Below, one piece after another: positions 19,708 to 28,066 of a stretch of DNA of 64,000 bases (its first letter is position 1; every line of letters begins with the position of its first letter). Made by a program: the position numbers and the translations under genes. This DNA comes from Bacillales bacterium UBA3207 (GTDB lineage Bacteria; Bacillota_I; Bacilli_A; RFN20; CAG-826): the NCBI GenBank assembly GCA_002363735.1, contig DEWP01000018.1:362-64361 (forward strand), given 5' to 3'. The notes beneath the pieces are model-generated. The model searched no databases and had not been told where the DNA came from. It worked only from the letters and a program-made list of their open reading frames with translations.

Positions 19708-20868
19708 TTAGTTAAGTTTAAATTCAATCATCGCTGGATCATGGTCTGCATAAGCAAATCCATCCAACTTTTTATTTCCTTGTTTTGTTTGGATATTTTC
19801 GTGTGAAATAATTTCAACATTATCTGAGACAATAAATCCATCAACAACACAAGTAAATGTTTTGCCTGGAATCCATTCAATGTCGTTATTACGACATGTT
19901 GGATAATTATCTGAGGCTACAACCTTATATCCATCAAGAATTGGTGATTTGTTGTCTTCTCCAAATAAATATTGAAGCCAATCTGGTGTTTTCTTAGTTT
20001 CGTTAAAAGGTTTGTTTTGTGGATTATATTGAGGAAATGCTGGGTTATTTGTTAATAAATCATGGTTCCAGTCTCCCCCGACAATAACATAATCTCCAGC
20101 GTCTTTTCTAGCTGATAAGAAGGCATTAAATTCCTCCATTTGTTTAGTACGAATTGTTCCGCCTTTATCATAAGCGGACATATGTGAATTAGCGATGTAT
20201 AGTTTTTTACCGTTTGAAACGTTAATTTGTTGAATTGAGAAACAACGATCGAGATCGAAGAATTTGCTTAAATCTTGTGCAACTGTATATTCTTTTCTTT
20301 GCGCGCTCTCGATTTTTATTTTTGATAAAGTAGTTAATCCGCCATTAACTGTTCCATGCATTTCAAAGATTGGATATGGAAGAAATGCGGTGTGGAAATT
20401 TACACAGTGAACATGGTCAAATGATGGGAATTTTTCTTGGATAATAGTGTCTTGATTGATATGGAAACTTCGTGTGGAATTTGTATCAACTTCTTGGAAT
20501 AAAACAAAATCTGCATCATTATCGATGACAGTTTGAATTGCTCCATTTGTATTAAAGTTAACTTCATCTTTTGATTTGGCTCTGGAGTGAGTTCCGCATG
20601 TTTTGTTTCCGTTTTCGTCATAACCTTCATCCATGAAGAATGTGTAATCTTGGGAATAAGCTCCAAATCCGATGTTGTATGAAATCGCCTTATACGTTTC
20701 GCCTATTTGAGCCTCATTAATGGTTGCTCGATGTTCAACAGTTAAATCTTTATCACCAATGCGGTTATAAGATAAGACAATATAAAGAACATAGCCTCCA
20801 GCTCCGACGACAACCGTTCCTAATACACATCCAGCAATAATGAGAATTCTTTTTAAGATCTTATTCAT
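19708..20868 (-). CDS. membrane-anchored endonuclease/exonuclease/phosphatase (EEP) family protein
   Basis: N-terminal TM helix with EEP motifs LFQEVD, GGDWNHD and ADHDP. SD GGAG lies inside the end of the ROK gene. Confidence 0.72.
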   Translation of the reverse strand: MNKILKRILIIAGCVLGTVVVGAGGYVLYIVLSYNRIGDKDLTVEHRATINEAQIGETYKAISYNIGFGAYSQDYTFFMDEGYDENGNKTCGTHSRAKSKDEVNFNTNGAIQTVIDNDADFVLFQEVDTNSTRSFHINQDTIIQEKFPSFDHVHCVNFHTAFLPYPIFEMHGTVNGGLTTLSKIKIESAQRKEYTVAQDLSKFFDLDRCFSIQQINVSNGKKLYIANSHMSAYDKGGTIRTKQMEEFNAFLSARKDAGDYVIVGGDWNHDLLTNNPAFPQYNPQNKPFNETKKTPDWLQYLFGEDNKSPILDGYKVVASDNYPTCRNNDIEWIPGKTFTCVVDGFIVSDNVEIISHENIQTKQGNKKLDGFAYADHDPAMIEFKLN

Positions 20869-20869
20869 T

Positions 20870-21712
20870 TTATTTCTCCATATCTAAAGATTTTAATGCG
20901 TACAATCCAGCACCAATTAATCCAGCGTTAGTTTTAAAATATGTTTCTTTAATTTTTACATCTTTGTTCGCTTGTTTAACCTGTTTAAAGAAGACATCCT
21001 TATCTTTCATGAATCCACCTGTAAAAACAATAATTTCAGGATGATATGAATCAATCATTAAACGGACAAATTTATTGAGAATTTCTATCCATTTATCCGT
21101 AAATTGCTGGTATTTTTTAATATTTTGTCTTGTTTTTTCAAACATGATTTTAGGGGTTAAATCTGGTTCATTTAAATGAGAAGCAAATACGGAAAATCTT
21201 GATCCAGCAACAATGGAAAATTCTTCATAATAGTCATCAAATTTAGAAACTGTATGACCAACTTCAGTAACATAATCTTGAATGGTTTTATCAACACATA
21301 GTGCTCCGCCTAAACCAGTCGAAATGGTGATAAAGAAAACACGGGAATATTTTTTAAACTTTGGAGCATAAGCCTCAGCTAAACATGCGACTTCTGCATC
21401 ATTTCTTAAAAACGTATCTAAACCCGTTTCTTGTTTAAGTATTTCTGCAAAAGGAATATCTTTAACATGAACATTTGGCAAATCGAGGATAATTCCTTTT
21501 TCTCGGTCAACAACACCAGGGACGCCAGCACCAATTGCTAAAACATCATCAAGGTTTAATTCCTTAATCGCACTAACAATATTGGCCATAAATTTTTCTT
21601 TGTCATTACATATTGTTGGTTTGATTACACATTGCTCAATTTGAAAATGATCGTTCACAATTGCAACTCGAGTATTCGTTCCACCAATATCAATGCCAAG
21701 AACTTTTTTCAT
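20870..21712 (-). CDS. ROK family sugar kinase
   Basis: VLGIDIGGTNTRVAIV ATP-binding motif and ROK-like core. ATG 21712 is preferred to the track TTG 21730. TATAAT (21720-21725) lies 7 nt upstream and there is no SD. Confidence 0.78.
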   Translation of the reverse strand: MKKVLGIDIGGTNTRVAIVNDHFQIEQCVIKPTICNDKEKFMANIVSAIKELNLDDVLAIGAGVPGVVDREKGIILDLPNVHVKDIPFAEILKQETGLDTFLRNDAEVACLAEAYAPKFKKYSRVFFITISTGLGGALCVDKTIQDYVTEVGHTVSKFDDYYEEFSIVAGSRFSVFASHLNEPDLTPKIMFEKTRQNIKKYQQFTDKWIEILNKFVRLMIDSYHPEIIVFTGGFMKDKDVFFKQVKQANKDVKIKETYFKTNAGLIGAGLYALKSLDMEK

Positions 21713-21750
21713 GTAAATAATTATATTCAAAGAATGTAATTTTTAAAAGA

Positions 21751-21843
21751 TGTGGAAAAGTTGTGCAAAAGTGTGGGAAAGATTTTGAATTTATCGATAA
21801 AATCATATCTTTTTATTTTTTAGTGGTGGATAAGTTATGCACA
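21751..21843. promoter_or_regulatory. cluster of five DnaA-box-like 9-mers
   Basis: TGTGGAAAA 21751, TGTGCAAAA 21762, TGTGGGAAA 21772, GGTGGATAA 21825 and TTATGCACA 21835, each 1-2 mismatches from TTATCCACA or its complement. Confidence 0.5.
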
Positions 21844-21917
21844 AGTGCCAAAAACAGTCGATTTTATCGAATTTTTAATTTGGAACTAATATATATTAGT
21901 GGTATCCTTTTTGCACT

Positions 21918-23183
21918 ATGGAATACGTTTTACAGTCAGATGTTTACCAGATTAGATTAGCCTCTTTAGTTTCTAATGTTGATAAGGATGTTATGGTGGA
22001 ACTTTACCAACCACTTCTTGGAGCAAACGCGACAATTCTTTATTTAACATTGCTTAAGCAAAAGAGAAACGAAGATGAGGAAAATGAACATCAATTAACT
22101 CACCTTTTAAATATTTTGCAATTTACGCCAGCTCAATTTTTATCAGCAAGAAGAATGCTTGAAGGTGTTGGTCTACTTCGTTCGTATTGTAACGAAGTTC
22201 GTCAATATCTTTATGTCTTATACGCTCCAAAAAATCCTAAGGATTTCTTTGATGATGTTTTGTTTAAAGGTTTATTAATTCAAACCATTGGAGAAAAAGA
22301 AACAAAGAAACTTGCTAGTCGATATAAAGTCAATTTAGAAATTGATCCAACTTATGAAGAGGTTAGTGCCTCGTTTGTCGATATTTTCCATCCAAATTAT
22401 GATGATGCTGCTTTTAAGAAAAACTTTAAAGAATCATTTGTTGGCCATGATGAAGGACGTATTCGTATAAACTTCAATGATGATTTGTTTACAAAATATC
22501 TTTCCGACGAATTATCTATTGATAATTTAAGTGTTGGAAAAAGAGATCTAAAAGAGATTGCTCGTTATTCCACATTATTTGGATTTAGTGAAAAACAAAT
22601 GGCATCTGTTGTTGCTTCTATTTATAGCGTTGAAACAGTTCCACATATTGATTTTGCAAAACTTGCCCTTAAATCCGAAGAAGAATTAAGAAACAGTAAA
22701 CCAAATATTTCTTTAGAAGGAAGTGTAATGAAAAGTGATGATCCACTCGCTGATAAATGTCGTTTAATGGATTCAACTTCACCAGCAAAATATCTTAAGA
22801 TTCTTCAAAATAATACAAAGGTAAGTAACTCAGATTTACAAATTGTTGAGTCATTATCTAAAAATTATGGTTTCTCAAACGGTGTCATTAACGCCATCAT
22901 CGATTATGCACTTGAAAAGTGTAACAATAATCTAAATCTAAATTATTGTGAGAAGGTTGCATCTTCATTAGCACGTAGCACAGTCTCTACGGCAATCGAT
23001 GCAATGAACCATCTTAACCGCAAACAAGTTAGTAAAAAGCTTGAGCCTGTAAAAGATGATAAACCAGTTAAAACTGTAGCAAAAACACCAGCAAAACCTG
23101 TTCAAAATAAAATTAGCGATGATGAATTAAATGATATTTTAGCAGATTTAGATAATCAAAAGAGTAGGAGGAAAGCAAGATGA
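21918..23183 (+). CDS. dnaB: replication initiation/membrane attachment protein DnaB (Bacillus-type, DnaD-like domains)
   Basis: 421 aa. N-terminus resembles B. subtilis DnaB (ELYQPLLGANATILYLTLL). Located directly upstream of, and overlapping, dnaI. Confidence 0.7.
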   Translation: MEYVLQSDVYQIRLASLVSNVDKDVMVELYQPLLGANATILYLTLLKQKRNEDEENEHQLTHLLNILQFTPAQFLSARRMLEGVGLLRSYCNEVRQYLYVLYAPKNPKDFFDDVLFKGLLIQTIGEKETKKLASRYKVNLEIDPTYEEVSASFVDIFHPNYDDAAFKKNFKESFVGHDEGRIRINFNDDLFTKYLSDELSIDNLSVGKRDLKEIARYSTLFGFSEKQMASVVASIYSVETVPHIDFAKLALKSEEELRNSKPNISLEGSVMKSDDPLADKCRLMDSTSPAKYLKILQNNTKVSNSDLQIVESLSKNYGFSNGVINAIIDYALEKCNNNLNLNYCEKVASSLARSTVSTAIDAMNHLNRKQVSKKLEPVKDDKPVKTVAKTPAKPVQNKISDDELNDILADLDNQKSRRKAR

Positions 23184-24097
23184 CATTAAAAGAATTCAAT
23201 AGCACTGAAATCTTAGGCAATGAAGAAGACCAAGACATGCGTGCTTATATTAATCAACTTGTGAATGAGCTTCGTGAAGATGCTCCAGTCTACGAAAAAC
23301 TTAAAGAATTACATTTAACAATGAAAGATGTTCGCGATAACATCGCCAAATTGAATGATTTTCGTGAAGATTTTCATTATTGCTTAAAATGTCCTGGAAT
23401 TATGGCCTGTGCAAAGAAAACTCCACATATTTCAATGCGTGTTGAAAAAGAAGACGGCTTTGTTAAAGTTCAATATGAACCGTGCCATAAAATCGTTGAT
23501 CAAATTCGTCGTGATTCTCGCTATATGATTCATGATTTCCCAGATTCATGGAAATTCTCATCCTTAAAAGACATGGATTTAACCGAAAATCGACGTCCAA
23601 TTATTAAAGAATTTACAAACATTATTAAAAATAAATCCAATCGTTGGCTCTATTTGATTGGTAATCATAAAGTTGGTAAATCTCATTTACTAGTCACGAT
23701 GGCGAATGAATTTATCGCCATTAAAAACGAACAAGTGGCAGTGGTAAACTGTGTTGAAAGAATTAAACAATTAGCAGATTTATCCGTGAAACAACCAGAA
23801 ATTTTCGCAAACGAAATCACAAACTTCAGTGAGGTTCCACTCTTAATTCTTGATGGTTTTGGTGAAGAATATAAATCTGAATATATTCGTGATTCGATTG
23901 TCATTCCAATCCTTGCTGAACGAGAAAGACAAAATAAACCAACTTGGTTTACTTCTCCATTTACTTTTGATGAAATTCAAACTTTATATTCTGTTGGAAA
24001 AACAAGCGGAGAAATCCGTGGTAAACAATTAGGTAATATTTTACGTGAGATGTGCGAAGAAGAATTTGATCTTACTGGCACTTCTTACAAAAAATAG
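23180..24097 (+). CDS. dnaI: primosomal helicase loader DnaI
   Basis: 305 aa. N-terminal Cys/His zinc module (CLKCPG...CAKK...CH) and AAA+ Walker A GNHKVGKS. Walker B is LLILDGFGEE. ATGA-type overlap with dnaB. Confidence 0.85.
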   Translation: MTLKEFNSTEILGNEEDQDMRAYINQLVNELREDAPVYEKLKELHLTMKDVRDNIAKLNDFREDFHYCLKCPGIMACAKKTPHISMRVEKEDGFVKVQYEPCHKIVDQIRRDSRYMIHDFPDSWKFSSLKDMDLTENRRPIIKEFTNIIKNKSNRWLYLIGNHKVGKSHLLVTMANEFIAIKNEQVAVVNCVERIKQLADLSVKQPEIFANEITNFSEVPLLILDGFGEEYKSEYIRDSIVIPILAERERQNKPTWFTSPFTFDEIQTLYSVGKTSGEIRGKQLGNILREMCEEEFDLTGTSYKK

Positions 24098-25466
24098 AAA
24101 GTTTCTTTTCTAATTCAGCGACTGAACCATTATTTGAAACGGTGTAAGTCGCTTTTTTATTTGTCGCATTAAAGTTACTATTTAACTTCAATGCTTTTTC
24201 AACGTTTTCTTTACGTTTTTTAAGGTTTTTAATTTGTTGATCTTCGTCAATATTAACTAATAACGTATCATCACAATAATGGTTATAACCTGATTCAAAT
24301 AAAAGCGGCACTTCGCAGACAATGCACTCTTTATTAGAATGCTTTTTAATCTCTTTTTCGAATTCATCGATGACTAATTGATGAATAAATCGTTCAATAA
24401 AACGTTTAATACGTGGATTATTTAAGATTTCTTCTTTTAAAGATTCTCGATCAACGCTTCCATCTTTAATTTTTAAATTTGGAACATATTGACGTAATCC
24501 GTTTTGAACATCTTTTCTTTCATATAAATGATGGACAATATCATCCGCTGATAAATAAATAAATCCTTTTGATTCTAGATATTTACAAATTAGTGATTTA
24601 CCTGACCCAATTGGTCCAGTAACGCCTAAAACGTATGGTCTAGCAACATTACGCTGACAATGTGGACAGAATGTTGTTCCTCTTCCTCCAACAAATTTCT
24701 TAATTAGTGGAGTTCCACAATTAACACATCTTCCTCCATTTTGACCATAGACTTTTAATTCAGTAACAAACTCTCCATCAATCCCCTCAGTTGGATGATA
24801 AGAAATGACGGTGGTGCCACCTTTTTTAATCGCTCTTCCCATAATGTCTTTTGACCAATACCAAATTTCATCAAATTGCTCTTTTGAGAGGAGTTTTGCT
24901 GGTGTTTCTGGATGAATTTTACATGCAAAAAGCACTTCATCGACATATATATTTCCAAGTCCAGACATCACTGATTGGTCTAATAAACAAGGCTTAATTG
25001 CTACACCTTTATTATGGAAAGCTTCATATAAACGAGACGAATCTTTCATCATAAATGGATCTGGTCCAATTTTGTTTAATGGATCTTTATTTAAATAATC
25101 ATTTTTCTCAACAAGCTCCATTGTTCCAAATCGTCTTGTATCATTAAATGATAAATATGTTCCATCCGTGAAATGAAACAAAATTAAATCATTGTGATTT
25201 GGTTTAACTTTTTCATCGCGGTGGAAATATTTTCCTTCCATTCGAAGGTGTGAAACTAAAACATAATCACGATCCAGATGGTAAATAATATATTTTCCAT
25301 ATCGTGAAAAATTCTCGATTGTCGCTCCTTTTAAAACTTCTTTGAATTGGTTAATGTCACTACGAACAGTTTGTGGACGAATCACATCAACATAGGAAAT
25401 CGTTTTTCCTTTAGCAATGTTATTTAAAACATTTTTAACAGTTTCAACTTCTGGTAATTCTGGCAT
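24072..25466 (-). CDS. mutM: fusion ORF: formamidopyrimidine-DNA glycosylase (Fpg/MutM) + dephospho-CoA kinase (CoaE)
   Basis: Residues 1 to about 277 start with PELPEVETV and carry an H2TH region and zinc finger CVNC...CPHCQR. After the linker NVARP come the CoaE P-loop GVTGPIGSGKS and PLLFE. One uninterrupted frame. Confidence 0.85.
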   Translation of the reverse strand: MPELPEVETVKNVLNNIAKGKTISYVDVIRPQTVRSDINQFKEVLKGATIENFSRYGKYIIYHLDRDYVLVSHLRMEGKYFHRDEKVKPNHNDLILFHFTDGTYLSFNDTRRFGTMELVEKNDYLNKDPLNKIGPDPFMMKDSSRLYEAFHNKGVAIKPCLLDQSVMSGLGNIYVDEVLFACKIHPETPAKLLSKEQFDEIWYWSKDIMGRAIKKGGTTVISYHPTEGIDGEFVTELKVYGQNGGRCVNCGTPLIKKFVGGRGTTFCPHCQRNVARPYVLGVTGPIGSGKSLICKYLESKGFIYLSADDIVHHLYERKDVQNGLRQYVPNLKIKDGSVDRESLKEEILNNPRIKRFIERFIHQLVIDEFEKEIKKHSNKECIVCEVPLLFESGYNHYCDDTLLVNIDEDQQIKNLKKRKENVEKALKLNSNFNATNKKATYTVSNNGSVAELEKKLSIFCKKCQ

Positions 25467-25468
25467 AA

Positions 25469-28066
25469 CTATTTACAATCGTACCAAGTACGACCATAAC
25501 CTCCATCAACTTCTAATTTCACATCAAGCTTTAATGCGTTTTCCATAATTGATTTAACAAGCGGATAGACAATATCTTTTTCATCATTTGGAACTTTAAA
25601 CAAAAGTTCATCGTGGATTTGCAGAATAATTTTTGTTTTTAAATGATGTTCTTCGAGCGCTTTATCGACAGCAATCATCGCGACTTTAATTAAATCAGCA
25701 GCAGTTCCTTGAATTGGTGCATTCATTGCCGCTCTTCGTGCGAACTCACGAACCTGATAGTTCGTATCATTCACTTCACGTAAATATCTTCTTCGACCAA
25801 GCAAAGTGGTAACATAATTTTTCTCAGTGACTTCTTGAACGACTTTTTTAAAATATTCTCCAACTTCTGGATATGTTTGGTAGAAGCGATCAATGACAGC
25901 ACGAGCTTCTTTGACGCTCATTCCAACTTGTTCAGATAAACCCCAATCAGAAATGCCATAAATAATGCCGAAATTAACAGCTTTTGCCTTCCTTCGTTGT
26001 AAATCACTTGGATGATCGACATCGAATAAATATTTTGCTGTTGCAGCATGAATATCTTCACATTTTGTAAAGACTTCTTGAAGTTTTTTACATCCACTTA
26101 GATGGGCAAGAATTCTTAATTCAACTTGGGAATAGTCTAAAGAAAGAATGGAATAATTTTCATCAGGATAATAGAAAGCTTGGCGAATCATCTTGCCTTC
26201 TTCATCTCTTATAGAGATATTTTGTAAGTTAGGCTCACTAGATGACAATCTTCCAGTGGCTGTTTGTGCTTGGTTAAAAATCGCATGGATCTTTTTATCT
26301 TGATGAATGTGAGAGGCTAACCCAGTCACATATGTCGATAATAATTTTGCGTATTTTCGATATTGAAGGATTTCACTCACAATTGGATGTTCATGAATAA
26401 GAGATTTTAAAACATCAACAGAAGTGGAGCCTTTTTTATCACCTTTTAATCCAAGTTTTTCATATAAAATCACGCCTACTTGCTTTGGTGAATCAATATT
26501 AAATTCTTCACCAGCAAGTCGATATATTTCTTCTTTTAAAACATCAATTTGCTTTTTGAAAGTATCTCCAAATTCTTCAAGCTTATTGACATCGAGCGGG
26601 AAGCCTTCGATTTCCATTTTTGCTAAGACAATTGTTAATGGAAGTTCAACTCCTCGATATAAGTCATAACCACCTAAATTTTCGAGTTCTTTAGTCACCT
26701 TTGGCTCAATTAGTGAAATAGCATAAGCAACATTCATTGCTCCAGCCATGTCTGAGTTATCAAAAAGTGATATTGAATCATCTTCTTGGTTAGGAAGTTG
26801 ATAACCAAAATATTGGATGATGGCTTTTACATCGTTATTGATCGAAGAATCAACGATATAGGCTGCTAAAAGTAAATCAAATTTCAAGCCGTCAATTGCC
26901 ATTCCAAGATGGTTTAATAAAACCATAAGTGCTTTGAAATCATAAGTGTATTTCTTAATTTCTTTGTTAGCTAAAACACTTACAAGTGTTTCATCGTTAA
27001 AATTCTCTTTTTTAAGATAATAAGCTTTGTCTTTAAAATAAAGTCCTAAACCATAGACTTCACTAAGATGATAATTTCCTGGTTCACGGTCAATATATAA
27101 ATAAAGTTTGTCGCCGATATCTAAGTCTTTTAAAGATGTGATTTCTTCGCCTTTAATTTCGACAACACTTGATGAATTCTTTTGTAGAATTGCTGGTAAA
27201 CGATTTAAGAATTGTTTGAGTTCATAGTGGTGGCAGAACTCAGCAATTTTCTCAAATTGATAACCTCGATAAATAAATTGATCATTTTCAAACGGAATTT
27301 CAACATCAGTTAAAATCTTGGCCATTTGATAACAATGTCGGCCTTGTTCTGCGCCATTAATAAGGTTTTCAGAAATCTTACCTTTCATTGTCGGCGCAGC
27401 CTCAATAATCTTGTCAAAACTACCATATTCTTGGATTAATTTGACAGCGGTTTTATCTCCGATTCCTGGAATTCCAGGTAGGTTATCACTAGCGTCACCA
27501 CGAAGTCCTTTATAATCAACAATTTGTTTTGGTTTAAACCCGTAAGTTTCGAGCATGGTTTTTTCAGTCATTGAAACCATGTTAGACATTCCGGTTTTTA
27601 ATAAATTAACTGTAATGTGATCGTCGATTAACTGTAAGAAATCTTTATCGGAAGTATAAACATATACTTGATATCCATTGTTACCAAGTCTTTTAGCAAC
27701 TGTTCCACATAAATCATCAGCTTCGTAACCAACAAGTTCAAACATTGGAACATCTAAAGCCTTGAGCATCTCACGAACAATTGGCATTTGTTTTACGAGA
27801 TCCTCAGGAGTTGGTTTTCTATTTGCTTTATAATGTTCGTCTTCTTGATGACGGAAAGTTGCTTTTCCAGTATCAAAGCCGACAAATAAAGCATCGCCTT
27901 CTTTGATGCTTTGGAGGATTTTATTTAGCATATTAGAAAAGGCCATGATGGCATTTGTTGGAATACCTTCCTTGGTTCTTAAAATCTGTGGATTTGGTCC
28001 ATATGCTGTAGCAAAATATGCTCTAAATAAGAGGGAATTGCCGTCAATAATATAAGCTTTAGGCAT
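25469..28066 (-). CDS. polA: DNA polymerase I
   Basis: 5'-nuclease N-terminus (IIDGNSLLFRAYF) and pol motifs DYSQVELRILAH and QIHDELLF. ATG 28066 with SD GGAGG 9 nt upstream overlaps the dnaE stop (ATGCCTAA). The track start 28090 is less likely. Confidence 0.95.
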   Translation of the reverse strand: MPKAYIIDGNSLLFRAYFATAYGPNPQILRTKEGIPTNAIMAFSNMLNKILQSIKEGDALFVGFDTGKATFRHQEDEHYKANRKPTPEDLVKQMPIVREMLKALDVPMFELVGYEADDLCGTVAKRLGNNGYQVYVYTSDKDFLQLIDDHITVNLLKTGMSNMVSMTEKTMLETYGFKPKQIVDYKGLRGDASDNLPGIPGIGDKTAVKLIQEYGSFDKIIEAAPTMKGKISENLINGAEQGRHCYQMAKILTDVEIPFENDQFIYRGYQFEKIAEFCHHYELKQFLNRLPAILQKNSSSVVEIKGEEITSLKDLDIGDKLYLYIDREPGNYHLSEVYGLGLYFKDKAYYLKKENFNDETLVSVLANKEIKKYTYDFKALMVLLNHLGMAIDGLKFDLLLAAYIVDSSINNDVKAIIQYFGYQLPNQEDDSISLFDNSDMAGAMNVAYAISLIEPKVTKELENLGGYDLYRGVELPLTIVLAKMEIEGFPLDVNKLEEFGDTFKKQIDVLKEEIYRLAGEEFNIDSPKQVGVILYEKLGLKGDKKGSTSVDVLKSLIHEHPIVSEILQYRKYAKLLSTYVTGLASHIHQDKKIHAIFNQAQTATGRLSSSEPNLQNISIRDEEGKMIRQAFYYPDENYSILSLDYSQVELRILAHLSGCKKLQEVFTKCEDIHAATAKYLFDVDHPSDLQRRKAKAVNFGIIYGISDWGLSEQVGMSVKEARAVIDRFYQTYPEVGEYFKKVVQEVTEKNYVTTLLGRRRYLREVNDTNYQVREFARRAAMNAPIQGTAADLIKVAMIAVDKALEEHHLKTKIILQIHDELLFKVPNDEKDIVYPLVKSIMENALKLDVKLEVDGGYGRTWYDCK

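Noticed and set aside
21751-21843. Calling the DnaA-box cluster the chromosomal origin (oriC).
   Set aside because: No dnaA or dnaN gene lies nearby, and I could not read DnaA-trio repeats next to the boxes. The large polA-dnaE-nrnA-ackA block immediately to the right is on the minus strand, which would be head-on to forks leaving this site. I keep it only as an alternative to test by GC skew.
21763-21960. 65-aa track ORF spanning the ROK/dnaB intergenic region.
   Set aside because: It has a GTG start and no SD. It runs through the DnaA-box cluster and into the dnaB start, and its low-complexity sequence has no family resemblance. It is better explained as non-coding regulatory DNA.
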